From positions 32,001 to 96,000 of the forward strand of contig CAWIIQ010000004.1 of NCBI GenBank assembly GCA_963836185.1: a stretch of DNA of 64,000 bases, given 5' to 3'. Position 1 is the stretch's first letter. Every line of letters begins with the position of its first letter. Origin of the DNA: Candidatus Krumholzibacteriia bacterium. GTDB taxonomy: Bacteria > Krumholzibacteriota > Krumholzibacteriia > Krumholzibacteriales > Krumholzibacteriaceae. A program made the translations under genes and the position numbers. Of this stretch, positions 20,291-30,039 are shown piece after piece. The notes below the pieces were generated by a model that was not told the DNA's origin, made no database searches, and worked only from the letters and a program-made list of their open reading frames with translations.

Positions 20291-21735
20291 AGGGCGCACG
20301 CAGGTTGATAACCGTCATAGCCGTGATCGCCATGGCGGCCGCGGCCCTCTACCTTCTGCGGCCCCGTGGTCAGGATGAGGGAGTCAGCGTGACCTTCCTC
20401 GGCGGAGCCCGGGAAGTGGGCGGCTCCTGCACCCTCGTCTCGGGAGGCGGGACCTCGTTTCTCGTCGACTGCGGAGCCTTCGGCGATGCCGGCAACGATA
20501 TCATACCGGACGATCCTGCCGCAGTCTCGTTCATGATACTCACACACGCTCACACCGATCATTGCGGGAAGATACCGCAGCTCTTCGCTTCCGGGTTCGA
20601 CGGCGAGATATACTGCACTCCCGAGACAGCGGAGCTCGCCCCGATCATGATGAAGATGTCGAGGAGCTTCGACCGAGGCAGGGTAAGCAAAGAGGACTTC
20701 GACAGGTCTATCGCCGCGATGAGACCCGTTCCATTCGGGGAGAAGATGACAGCCGGCCCGGTGAGCTTCGTGTTCAGGCAGGCGCAGCACCTGCTCGGAG
20801 CGGCATTCGCCGAGATCGAGATAGATACGGGGCACAGGACGGCACATGTGATCTTCTCGGGCGACCTCGGTTCCGGAGGGGCGATACTCCTCCCGCCGAT
20901 CGAGGACCCGGCGCCGGCGGATTTTGTGATAGTCGAGTCTACATACGGGGGCCGCATAAGGGATATCGAGGATAGGAGCCTGCAGGCGAGGTACGGGGAG
21001 TTCGGCAGTGCGGTCAGCTCGGCTCTCAGGAGCGGCGGCGACGTCCTCATCCCCGCCTTCACACTCGGAAGGACGCAGGAGGTGATCGCCGCCCTCGACC
21101 TTTTCATCGAGGACGGGACGATCCCGGCCGGAACGGAGATCTACTCCGACAGCCCGACGGCGAAAAAGGTAAGCGTTGTCTTCAGGAATCACCCGGAGAG
21201 CCTTTCGGCTGCCGCGGTATCGATATACGGAAACGACATCCTGAAAAAGTCCTGGCACAGGGAAGTAAGGAGCAAGACCTCGATGAAGGTCCACGGCCGC
21301 GACCACAGGCCGACAGTATTCATATCCTCGAGCGGCGATCTCTCATTCGCCAACTCGCCGCGCCATCTCGCGAGGATGGCCGGTGACGAGAGAAACCTCC
21401 TCTGCATAGTGGGATGGCAGTCGTACGGCTCGGTCGGCCGCAGGCTGGTCGAGGGGGACAGTACCGTTTCCGTCCGGTACAGGGAGGACGGCGAGACAAA
21501 GAAGGTCTGGCTCTCTCCCGCGATGAAGATAAAAAAGTTCGACGCCTTCTCGAGCCATGCCGACCAGGATGACCTGCTGCGGTGGACAAGCGCCATCGAC
21601 GGGCTCAAGGGAGCCTTCATCGTCCACGGCGAGTTGAAACAGGCGCAGGCGCTGTCAGAGAGACTCGAGGCGGATCTCGGCATAGAGACAAGGATACCTG
21701 AAGCGGGAGAGACGGTCTTTCTCCCGTCGAGATAG
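20287..21735 (+). CDS. MBL-fold beta-CASP nuclease-like protein with N-terminal signal anchor
   Basis: FLGGAREVGGSC, LVDCG, THAHTDHCG, HLLGAA, FSGDLG, ESTYG, PAFTLGRTQE, FSSHAD, VHGE; N-terminus MKGARRLITVIAVIAMAAAALYLL. Confidence 0.85.
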   Translation: MKGARRLITVIAVIAMAAAALYLLRPRGQDEGVSVTFLGGAREVGGSCTLVSGGGTSFLVDCGAFGDAGNDIIPDDPAAVSFMILTHAHTDHCGKIPQLFASGFDGEIYCTPETAELAPIMMKMSRSFDRGRVSKEDFDRSIAAMRPVPFGEKMTAGPVSFVFRQAQHLLGAAFAEIEIDTGHRTAHVIFSGDLGSGGAILLPPIEDPAPADFVIVESTYGGRIRDIEDRSLQARYGEFGSAVSSALRSGGDVLIPAFTLGRTQEVIAALDLFIEDGTIPAGTEIYSDSPTAKKVSVVFRNHPESLSAAAVSIYGNDILKKSWHREVRSKTSMKVHGRDHRPTVFISSSGDLSFANSPRHLARMAGDERNLLCIVGWQSYGSVGRRLVEGDSTVSVRYREDGETKKVWLSPAMKIKKFDAFSSHADQDDLLRWTSAIDGLKGAFIVHGELKQAQALSERLEADLGIETRIPEAGETVFLPSR

Positions 21736-21744
21736 AGGAGAACG

Positions 21745-22728
21745 ATGGGATCGAGCATCATAAAGAGACTCGCGCTGGCCGTGCCGCTCGTCGTGCTCGT
21801 CTCGGTAGTGACCTTCGCGCTGCTGCATCTGGCCCCCGGCGGGCCGGCGGGAGTCGTGTCGGGCAACCCGAAGATGACAGGCGAGGATGTGGCGCGGCTC
21901 AGGGAGAACTATGGGCTCGACCAGTCCCTGCCGGTGCAGTACCTCATGTGGTTCAGGCAGGTCTTTCTCAGGCTCGATTTCGGGACAAGCTATGTGACCG
22001 GCCGGCCCGTCACGGTGATGATTGCCGAGCGGGTACCCGCCACACTCGAACTGATGGGAGCGGCGCTTCTCCTCGCCGTTCTGGCCGGAGGCCTGCTTGC
22101 CGTGCTCACCGCCATACGCGGGAGCGAAAGGGCCGACGGGATATTCACCGTCGTCACGACGGCGGGCATATCGGTCCCCGTCTTCTGGCTGGGGCTGATC
22201 GCGATCTACATCTTCTCGATAAGGCTCGGCCTTCTGCCTGCCGGCGGAAGGGCGGCGGGCGAGGGTGTCACCCTGGCCGAAAGGCTGCGGCATCTCGCGC
22301 TTCCCGCTTCGGTCCTGTCGATCGCCTGGCTCGCCACCTGGAGCAGGTACCTCAGGTCGGGGCTGATCGATTCGCTAGGCGGCAGGTACATACGGACAGC
22401 GAGGGCGAAGGGGCTCGATGAGAGAACGGTCGTCCTCAAGCACGCCCTGCGCGGCGCGGTCCTTCCCGCGGTGACGGTCCTCGCGATGCAGATCCCCGCC
22501 CTCTTTACAGGGGCGGTCATAACGGAGACAGTCTTCGCCTGGCCCGGCATGGGAAGGCTCTTCTACGAGGGGCTGCAGAGGCAGGATTACACGAGGGTGC
22601 TCGGGATAGTGGTGATAGCTTCGATACTGATAATACTGATGAACACGGCGGGCGACCTGCTCAACATGATCCTCGACCCGAGGACGCGGCCCGTGGACGG
22701 GGAGGTGAGACAGGGTGGCACAGGTTGA
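21745..22728 (+). CDS. ABC transporter permease (OppB/DppB-like)
   Basis: YGLDQSLPVQY, YIRTARAKGL (EAA loop), TETVFAWPGMG, LDPR. Confidence 0.93.
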   Translation: MGSSIIKRLALAVPLVVLVSVVTFALLHLAPGGPAGVVSGNPKMTGEDVARLRENYGLDQSLPVQYLMWFRQVFLRLDFGTSYVTGRPVTVMIAERVPATLELMGAALLLAVLAGGLLAVLTAIRGSERADGIFTVVTTAGISVPVFWLGLIAIYIFSIRLGLLPAGGRAAGEGVTLAERLRHLALPASVLSIAWLATWSRYLRSGLIDSLGGRYIRTARAKGLDERTVVLKHALRGAVLPAVTVLAMQIPALFTGAVITETVFAWPGMGRLFYEGLQRQDYTRVLGIVVIASILIILMNTAGDLLNMILDPRTRPVDGEVRQGGTG

Positions 22729-23572
22729 TTCGATCGAAACGGCCCCGGTCATGAGACGCTCACGGACCCGCCGTTTGATATTCTGGCCGGCGACGATGCT
22801 GGTACTGATCATCACGGTCTCGGCGCTCGCTCCCCTGCTCGGCCCCTGGGACAGGGACGCGATAGACCTCGACAGCATCTCGGCTCCGCCATCGGCATCC
22901 CATCCCCTCGGAACGGACGAGCTGGGCAGGGATGTACTGACGAGGCTTCTTCACGGTGGAAGGTTCACCCTGATGGTATCCTTCCTCTCCGTAGCGGTCG
23001 CGCTCGCAGCCGGGGTGATCCTCGGAGGAGTCGCGGGCTGGCTCGGAGGTATCGCCGACAGGACGGTATCTCTGATCATCGACCTTTTCCTTTCCGTGCC
23101 GGTATTCCTGGTGATGCTCCTCGCCGCATCGGCCGCCGGAGGAAAGATCTGGCTTATCCCCCTGCTGATAGGCGGCACATCATGGATGGAGACGGCGAGG
23201 ATCGTACGCTCGAGGTTCAGGCAGATAAGGGAAGAGGGGTTTGTAGAGGCTGCCAGGGCAGCAGGAGCGACGGGACCGTGGATCGTATTTCGGCACATGC
23301 TTCCCCAGGCCTCCGGCGCCGTCCTGGTAGCGGCCACAGCAGGCCTGGCAGGCGCGATGCTCGTAGAGAGCGCCCTGAGCTTCCTCGGATTCGGTGTCCA
23401 GCCCCCCGTGCCGACCTGGGGCAACATGATGCACGGCGCCTGGGCGACGCTGCGAGTCTCTCCACTGGCTGCCTTCGCGCCCGGACTGATGATATTTATC
23501 ACATGCCTCGGATTCAACCTGCTGTGCGAGGGATACAGGCGCGCCCTTGCAAAAGAGGACGAATCGGTATAA
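22715..23572 (+). CDS. ABC transporter permease (OppC/DppC-like)
   Basis: HPLGTDELGRD, FVEAARAAGA, ESALSFLGFGVQPPVPTWG. Confidence 0.93.
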   Translation: MAQVDSIETAPVMRRSRTRRLIFWPATMLVLIITVSALAPLLGPWDRDAIDLDSISAPPSASHPLGTDELGRDVLTRLLHGGRFTLMVSFLSVAVALAAGVILGGVAGWLGGIADRTVSLIIDLFLSVPVFLVMLLAASAAGGKIWLIPLLIGGTSWMETARIVRSRFRQIREEGFVEAARAAGATGPWIVFRHMLPQASGAVLVAATAGLAGAMLVESALSFLGFGVQPPVPTWGNMMHGAWATLRVSPLAAFAPGLMIFITCLGFNLLCEGYRRALAKEDESV

Positions 23573-23582
23573 CTTCCCTTAC

Positions 23583-24614
23583 ATGGAAAAGAAAACAAGA
23601 GCGCTCGGGATGATATCGGGCGGGCTAGACAGCCTGCTCGCCGTAGCCGTGCTTAAAAATCTGGGCGTCGATATAACGGGCCTGCATTTTCTCAACGGTT
23701 TCGGCGCCGGTTCGCTGAGAAAACGGGTCTGCGAGAAGATGTCCTTCGAGGAGATCGCCGCGGACAAGAAGGAACGGCTCGAGGAGAAACTCGGCGTTCC
23801 GGTCCGTGTCATCGATGTCTCCGAAGAGTTCCTCGGAGTGCTCAGCTCCCCGCGCTTCGGGTACGGCAAGAATATCAATCCCTGTATAGACTGCCGTATC
23901 TTCCTGCTGGAAAAGGCGAGGGAGATAATGGAAGCGGAAGGATTCGATTTTATCTTCACCGGCGAGGTCCTCGGCCAGCGGCCCATGTCGCAGCACCTCC
24001 GCGCGATGAAGCAGGTCGAGAAGCAGAGCGGCCTGTCGGGAAAACTCCTTAGGCCCCTCTGCGCTAAGCTCCTCGCCGCCACAGGGCCTGAGAAAGAGGG
24101 CCTGGTCGACAGGGAGAAGCTCCTCGACATACAGGGGAGATCGAGGAAGAGGCAGATGGCTCTCGCCGATGAGCTCGGCATCGAGGACTACGCCACCCCG
24201 GCCGGCGGATGCACGCTGACAGACGAGAATTACGCGCGCAAGTATAACGACCTTGCAGGACACATGGATGAGATCACGTGCGAGGATACGGTCATCCTTT
24301 CGATGGGGAGGCACCTGCGTCTTTCCGACGGTGTGAAGCTCGTCGTTGGAAGGCGCGAGCTCGAGAACGACTACCTCGAATCGGCCTGGGGCGCAAATAT
24401 CCTCCTGACGACACTCGACCACCCCGGTCCGGTCACCGTGATGATAGGAGATCCGTCGGAAGAAGAGATCCTCCAGGCAGCCGCTGTGACGGCGAGATAC
24501 AGCGACGGCAAGCGGGAAGATTCAGTGAGGGTGTCCGTGACGAGCGGCGAGGATGTGCGTGAGTTGGAGGTCGCTCCGGCATCGGACGACGACCTAGACA
24601 GGTGGCGGATCTAG
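23583..24614 (+). CDS. PP-loop tRNA sulfurtransferase-like protein (ThiI/MnmA-related, DUF814-type C-terminus)
   Basis: SGGLDS, NPCIDC, TGEVLGQRPMSQ, PAGGC, GRHLRL, ARYSD. Confidence 0.8.
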   Translation: MEKKTRALGMISGGLDSLLAVAVLKNLGVDITGLHFLNGFGAGSLRKRVCEKMSFEEIAADKKERLEEKLGVPVRVIDVSEEFLGVLSSPRFGYGKNINPCIDCRIFLLEKAREIMEAEGFDFIFTGEVLGQRPMSQHLRAMKQVEKQSGLSGKLLRPLCAKLLAATGPEKEGLVDREKLLDIQGRSRKRQMALADELGIEDYATPAGGCTLTDENYARKYNDLAGHMDEITCEDTVILSMGRHLRLSDGVKLVVGRRELENDYLESAWGANILLTTLDHPGPVTVMIGDPSEEEILQAAAVTARYSDGKREDSVRVSVTSGEDVRELEVAPASDDDLDRWRI

Positions 24615-25117
24615 GACTTGCGCTTAAGGGCCTTCATCGCGATGACCCGGTGACTTTCGAAAGCGAGCTGAGGAAGCTCGTCGACAGGAAAGAATCTCGC
24701 GTCATCCGCGTCGTCTCCGGCTACGATATCACCCGAAAATCCATCGAACAGGTATCCGATGATCAGCAGACAGGTCCCGTAGAAGACGCTCTCCTGGTAT
24801 ATGACGTCTATAAGAGTCGGGCCACAGGCGGAAAGCCCTGTTTCCTCCACCAGCTCTCTCTTCGCCGCGTCCTCGGGACTCTCCCCGTTCTCGACGAATC
24901 CGCCGGGCAGCGACCACTCGCCGGCGCCGGGTTCACGGTTGCGCAGGACGAGAAGGATCCTTCCCTCATCGTCGAACAGGACAGCGGTAGAGGCGGGTAC
25001 CGGGTTCTCGTAGAGGTAGCGCTCCTCGGCCTCGCAGTAGAGGCGCACACGGCCGTCCTCTCTCTTCGTCGTGAGCGGTTTCCCGCACCAGGTACAGTAT
25101 TTCTTTCCGGCGTCCAT
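24611..25117 (-). CDS. NUDIX hydrolase with N-terminal zinc ribbon
   Basis: YCTWCG, YENPVP, Nudix box GGFVENGESPEDAAKRELVEETG. Confidence 0.92.
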   Translation of the reverse strand: MDAGKKYCTWCGKPLTTKREDGRVRLYCEAEERYLYENPVPASTAVLFDDEGRILLVLRNREPGAGEWSLPGGFVENGESPEDAAKRELVEETGLSACGPTLIDVIYQESVFYGTCLLIIGYLFDGFSGDIVAGDDADDARFFPVDELPQLAFESHRVIAMKALKRKS

Positions 25118-25224
25118 ATACCTAGAATATGCCACCGGGGGTGGAGAGGCAAGTATTCGCTAAGCAAATGGGGTTGTCCGCGGGTGTGCCGTTGGAGTAA
25201 CATCGCCGGGAGGAGGATCAGCAG

Positions 25225-26910
25225 ATGAACGCCCTTACGATAGCACTTATAACACTAGCAGCCTACATAGTTGCCTACATGGTCTACGCCCGATTCTTCG
25301 GCCGCAGGGTGCTTGGCCTCGACCCGCACAGGAAGACTCCGGCGAATTCATTCGAGGACGGAGTAGACTTCGTGCCGACCTCCCCGATAGTCCTTTTCGG
25401 CCATCATTTCGCCTCGATCGCCGGTCTCGGCCCGATACTGGGGCCCGCAATCGCCGTCATCTGGGGCTGGCTACCCGCGGTGCTCTGGATACTCTTCGGC
25501 TCGATACTGATCGGCGGCATCCACGACCTCGCATCACTCTTTGTCTCCCTGAGAAACCGTGGGCGTTCGATTGGCGATGTGACAAGGTCGCTTGTCGGGC
25601 GCAGGGCGCATATTTTATTTCTCGTCCTGATATTCTTTACGTTGTCGCTCTGCATGGGGACATTCGTCAGGGTGATCGCGACCCTTTTCTCAGATACGTT
25701 CTATCCAGAGGCGGTCATACCCGTATTCACTCTGATACTGCTTGCCGTCATGGTCGGCCTGCTCGTCTACAGGAGGGGAGTGAAGCTGGCGCCGGCGACA
25801 CTGATCGCCCTCGTCCTGATGTTCCTCTCTATCTGGATAGGCCTGCGCAGCCCCGTGACAGGGGTGGCCACTCCGGTCTGGGTCTACCTGCTGATAGCGT
25901 ACGCCTTCGTAGCCTCTGTCCTGCCTGTATGGCTCCTTTTGCAGCCGCGCGATTATCTGAACGCATACCAGCTCGTCATCGGGATGGTCCTGATGTATAT
26001 AGGGCTCTTTCTCGGCCGCCCGCAGATCTCGGCTCCGGCCCTGAATACTTCATCGACGGGACTTCCATCCCTTTTCCCGTTTCTATTCATAACGATAGCC
26101 TGCGGCGCGATCTCCGGCTTTCACAGCCTCGTAGCGACGGGCACGACCTCGAAGCAGCTCAGCCGCGAGACACATGCCGTGCCGATCGGTTACGGGGGCA
26201 TGCTTGCCGAGGGACTGCTCGCGATGATCGTAGTGCTGGCCTGCGTATCAGGCGTCTCGAGGGCAGAGTGGTTCGAGCACTACGGTTCCTGGCAGGGGGC
26301 GGCCGGGCTGCCGGCAAAGATGGACGCCTTCGTTAAGGGCGCAGGGACCTTCATCTCGAATGTCGGGATACCTGTCGGGATAGCCCGGAGCTTCATCGTC
26401 GTGATGGCAGTCGGGTTCGCGATGACGACTCTGGACTCCGGAACGAGGCTGCTCAGGTACAATCTCGAGGAACTCGGCGAAGGCCTCAATATCAAGCCCC
26501 TTCGAAACAGGTTCATCGCCGCGCTGGCCGCCGTCGTCGGGATAGGATACTTCAGCCTGATGACGGTCGACGGCAGGCCGGTCGGGCTGCTTCTATGGGA
26601 GCTGTTCGGCACGACGAACCAGATCCTCGCCGCGCTCGGCCTTCTGACCGTATCGCTCTTTCTTTACAGGCTCGGCAAACCGATAATATATACGCTTGTC
26701 CCGATGGCCGGCATGCTTGTCATGACGGTCACGGCGATGGCGATAAGGCTCAAGACAAACTACAAGGCGGGTCACTGGCCGCTGCTGATAGTCGGCGGCG
26801 TGATCCTGCTCCTCGTGCTCTGGCTCGTGATAGAATCGCTGCTCGCCTTCGCGCGGCACAGGGGTGAGGGTTTCACGCAGGAAGAGGAGAGCGGTGAGCA
26901 TGCAGTTTGA
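25225..26910 (+). CDS. cstA: Carbon starvation protein A (peptide/pyruvate transporter family)
   Basis: LFGHHFASIAGLGPILGP, LPVWLLLQPRDYLN, ITIACGAISGFHS, LFGTTNQ. Confidence 0.95.
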   Translation: MNALTIALITLAAYIVAYMVYARFFGRRVLGLDPHRKTPANSFEDGVDFVPTSPIVLFGHHFASIAGLGPILGPAIAVIWGWLPAVLWILFGSILIGGIHDLASLFVSLRNRGRSIGDVTRSLVGRRAHILFLVLIFFTLSLCMGTFVRVIATLFSDTFYPEAVIPVFTLILLAVMVGLLVYRRGVKLAPATLIALVLMFLSIWIGLRSPVTGVATPVWVYLLIAYAFVASVLPVWLLLQPRDYLNAYQLVIGMVLMYIGLFLGRPQISAPALNTSSTGLPSLFPFLFITIACGAISGFHSLVATGTTSKQLSRETHAVPIGYGGMLAEGLLAMIVVLACVSGVSRAEWFEHYGSWQGAAGLPAKMDAFVKGAGTFISNVGIPVGIARSFIVVMAVGFAMTTLDSGTRLLRYNLEELGEGLNIKPLRNRFIAALAAVVGIGYFSLMTVDGRPVGLLLWELFGTTNQILAALGLLTVSLFLYRLGKPIIYTLVPMAGMLVMTVTAMAIRLKTNYKAGHWPLLIVGGVILLLVLWLVIESLLAFARHRGEGFTQEEESGEHAV

Positions 26911-27820
26911 CGTAACGGGAGTCGGTTATACGGCGATAGACTATCTCGGGGTGATCCCCCGTTTTCCCGAAGAGAACCTCAAACTCGAGCTCGAGACCCT
27001 CGAGATCCAGGGGGGAGGCCCGGCGGCAACGGCAACAGTGACCGCGGCGAGGCTCGGCCTTTCAACAGCATTTATAGGCAAGGTAGGCGGGGATGACCGG
27101 GGCGCGCTGATGCTGATGAAATTAAACGGCGAGGGAGTCGACGTCTCGTCGGCCGTCCTTGAGCCGGATGCCCTCTCCCAGTTCGCCTTCATCATGGTCG
27201 ACTCGGAGACGGGGAAAAGGACGATACTCTGGACCCGCGGCACCCTCTCGCCGCTAAGGCCCGAAGAGCTCGACCTCGAGAAGGTCACATCATGCAGGGG
27301 GCTGCTTGTCGATACTCTGGAACCGGGGGCAGCGGCAGCCGCGGCGAAGCAGGCGGCGGACGCCGGCGCGAAGGTGCTGATCGATGCCGGGACCCTGCGT
27401 GACGGGGTAAGGGATATCCTTCCGCACTGTCACTACATCGTCGCGAGCGAGACATTCTCCGGCCAGATCTCCGATGGCCGCGGGCCGGAAGCGGCGCTGG
27501 AGGAGATGATGAAGTACGGCCCTGCCGCCGCGGTGGTGACCCTCGGCGAGCGTGGATGCGTCGCCCTGTCGGATGAAGGGTATTGTCGGGTCAAGGGATT
27601 CGAGGTAGACGCCGTCGATACGACAGGGGCGGGGGACGTCTTCCACGGGGCCTTTCTCTACGCAGCGCTGAGGGAATGGGATGTCAGGCGCTGCTGCGTA
27701 TTCGCCAATGCCGTCGCCGCGATGAAATGCCGAAGGCTCGGAGGCAGGACAGGCATCCCGACACTTAATGCGGCTCTCGAGTTCCTCGGTGAGCGGGCGC
27801 CCGACCTCGATTTCACCTGA
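26900..27820 (+). CDS. PfkB family carbohydrate kinase
   Basis: GGGPAATA, VTLGERG, DTTGAGDVFHG. Confidence 0.92.
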   Translation: MQFDVTGVGYTAIDYLGVIPRFPEENLKLELETLEIQGGGPAATATVTAARLGLSTAFIGKVGGDDRGALMLMKLNGEGVDVSSAVLEPDALSQFAFIMVDSETGKRTILWTRGTLSPLRPEELDLEKVTSCRGLLVDTLEPGAAAAAAKQAADAGAKVLIDAGTLRDGVRDILPHCHYIVASETFSGQISDGRGPEAALEEMMKYGPAAAVVTLGERGCVALSDEGYCRVKGFEVDAVDTTGAGDVFHGAFLYAALREWDVRRCCVFANAVAAMKCRRLGGRTGIPTLNAALEFLGERAPDLDFT

Positions 27821-28309
27821 TCAGATCTCCACGGTCTCCGATTCACCACTCTCCAGATCGAACATCACGAATCCGGGACGTTCCAGGAGCCCCATGACTT
27901 CCCCTGGATTGACATGCGGCGTGTCGCTTACGACCTCGGCCCTCTTGAGATGCGTGTGTCCCGAGAAGACGGCAGCGTAATTGCCGGTAGCGGCGAGACC
28001 CTTTCCGTGCTCGGGATAGTGGGTGATCGCGACAAGCCCCTTATCCGTCTCGATCACTCCGGTGTGATGGTGGACGGTGATGTTGGAGAACTTCCCGGCG
28101 ACCCTTGTGATCGTCATCGGGTCGCCGTCGTTGTTCCCGAAGACGACGTGGACCGGCCCCTCAAAGGGAGCGAGCCTGTCCATGACAAATGGTGAGCAGA
28201 TATCGCCGCAGTGCAGCAGCATCTCCGCGTCTTTCTCGACCGCCAGGGCAACGACCCTTTCGATATTCTCCAGGTGATCGTGTGAATCGCTCATAACCGC
28301 GATCTTCAT
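27821..28309 (-). CDS. YfcE-family metallophosphoesterase
   Basis: SDSHD, HCGD, FGNND, SGHTH, NPG. Confidence 0.9.
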   Translation of the reverse strand: MKIAVMSDSHDHLENIERVVALAVEKDAEMLLHCGDICSPFVMDRLAPFEGPVHVVFGNNDGDPMTITRVAGKFSNITVHHHTGVIETDKGLVAITHYPEHGKGLAATGNYAAVFSGHTHLKRAEVVSDTPHVNPGEVMGLLERPGFVMFDLESGESETVEI

Positions 28310-28471
28310 CTCAGTACGTCCTTTCGTGATTGCTGCCGGTCATATTCTACTTCAGTTGATCTGCGGCGGAAACCGTCTTTTTAGATTCCTGTCGTTACTT
28401 TGTGGTATTATAATGGGAGTCAGTTGCAGGGTGGGTATATACTGTTCTGTGCAATGGTCAAAAGGATAGCT

Positions 28472-28966
28472 ATGGCAAATAAATCAGCATTGATCATTGT
28501 CCTGTTAATCTGTACGAGCCTGTTTGTCAATTCTTGTGAGGATTCACAAACCCCGGGCGGATGCCCTACCTATACGCATATTGTTGATGATGTGCTCTTC
28601 CTGCACGTCGACTACGACTCGGTAACACTATATTTTGCCGCGGATGAACATTACAGTGCACCGATCAGTTGCGTGACTGAAATCCATGAAGAGTTGATTG
28701 ATTCATTGATTGTGATCATTCATGGATATGGACAGTCGAGTAAGCCTGAACCTGATCCGTATCTTGATTATGTCTGGGATTCGGATACTCTGGCTATCTG
28801 GTACTCTGGCAATCCGACAGGTCTGGAACCGATCATGGATAAAATCAGGCCGATCGACGGCTCGACACCATGCATACCGGCAAACTATAAAATCGACTAT
28901 ATCATTATAAGGCACTCTGATGATCTTGTGGTGGATGTCGATTGTACGGTCAGGACAATTTACTGA
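28472..28966 (+). CDS. Hypothetical lipoprotein
   Basis: MANKSALIIVLLICTSLFVNSC lipoprotein-like signal; lower GC. Confidence 0.55.
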   Translation: MANKSALIIVLLICTSLFVNSCEDSQTPGGCPTYTHIVDDVLFLHVDYDSVTLYFAADEHYSAPISCVTEIHEELIDSLIVIIHGYGQSSKPEPDPYLDYVWDSDTLAIWYSGNPTGLEPIMDKIRPIDGSTPCIPANYKIDYIIIRHSDDLVVDVDCTVRTIY

Positions 28967-29013
28967 ACGGGGCCACTGTGCATAATTACTGTTATCCGCC
29001 TGGCCAGAGATGA

Positions 29014-29538
29014 ATGACAATGAAGTTGAACAATAAAAAATCCTTGATAGTTTCATGGATACTGCTGTTCCTGACATTATCCGCCTGCACGGAAGATTCA
29101 CCAGTCAATCCGAGCTACCCGGAGGGTGAACTGATCCTCGACTCGGTATCCGTTTACGTTGTACGTGGTGCTCATCCGTACTACGGCACTCCCGCTGGTC
29201 ACTTTTTCATGGACGTATATTTTCATTTACGTGGAGCCACCGGATCCATGTTTCGTGTCGAGCTTGCTCCATCTCCTCCAGGGACTGCCTCTATAGGTAT
29301 TGAGCATCCCGGCTACGCGCTTGGTGATCCTCTTCCCGTCGATACTCCATTTGAGCGGCACTACGAATTTTGGCTCGGATACGATTTCACAGACTGTGAC
29401 AGTATCGGGACATATTTTTCGGCAACGGTGAAATTCTGGGGCGAATATGAATCCCAGGTGCGTGACGAACCACTTTATATCCCCCTGGGAGAGGATAAAA
29501 AGTGGCTGGTCATGATGGTCGATGTGCGGGACGAATAG
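29014..29538 (+). CDS. Hypothetical lipoprotein
   Basis: KKSLIVSWILLFLTLSAC lipobox followed by TEDSPVNP. Confidence 0.6.
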   Translation: MTMKLNNKKSLIVSWILLFLTLSACTEDSPVNPSYPEGELILDSVSVYVVRGAHPYYGTPAGHFFMDVYFHLRGATGSMFRVELAPSPPGTASIGIEHPGYALGDPLPVDTPFERHYEFWLGYDFTDCDSIGTYFSATVKFWGEYESQVRDEPLYIPLGEDKKWLVMMVDVRDE

Positions 29539-29578
29539 GATCATCGATCCTGGTGGACCGGTCTGGAGGTGAAAGATC

Positions 29579-29896
29579 ATGAGCGAGTTCAGGATAGTCC
29601 TTGTCACTGTTTCCGGGACGGAAGAGGCTGAACGCATTGCCAACCTGCTTATCGGCGCGGGACTGTCGCCGTGTGTGAACATCATCCCTTCCGTCATCTC
29701 CGTCTACCAGTGGAAGAACAAGATGAACAGGGACGAGGAGGCGCTGATGATCATCAAGACATCGGAGTCCGCGTTTGAAGAAGTCAGGGAACTGGTCGAG
29801 AAGAACCACTCATACGACGTACCCGAGATCATATCTGTCGAGATCTCGCAGCTCTCTCCCGCGTACGCTGCATTCCTGGGAGAATTTCTCAAGTAG
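29579..29896 (+). CDS. cutA: Divalent-cation tolerance protein CutA
   Basis: PCVNIIP, SVYQWK, IIKT, HSYDVPEII. Confidence 0.93.
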   Translation: MSEFRIVLVTVSGTEEAERIANLLIGAGLSPCVNIIPSVISVYQWKNKMNRDEEALMIIKTSESAFEEVRELVEKNHSYDVPEIISVEISQLSPAYAAFLGEFLK

Positions 29897-30039
29897 GAAG
29901 CAGTTCGGATATAGTCGGAAATCATCTTAATCCCCTTGCTGTGTAACAAATACTCCATTTTGCCCGTATCACTACCCGAAGCGACATTGCAGCATCCAGT
30001 CTCAGGGATGATCACGACTGGATCGGAGAAAGGATTTGA

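Noticed and set aside
18619-21735. 1038-aa ABC binding protein / beta-CASP fusion ORF
   Set aside because: Deleting one base near 20254 restores a typical SBP ending (WNAAHW...) with TGA overlapping the nuclease ATG, which has its own RBS-like sequence and N-terminal anchor. The window is rich in indels, so two genes are more likely. Reads should confirm this.
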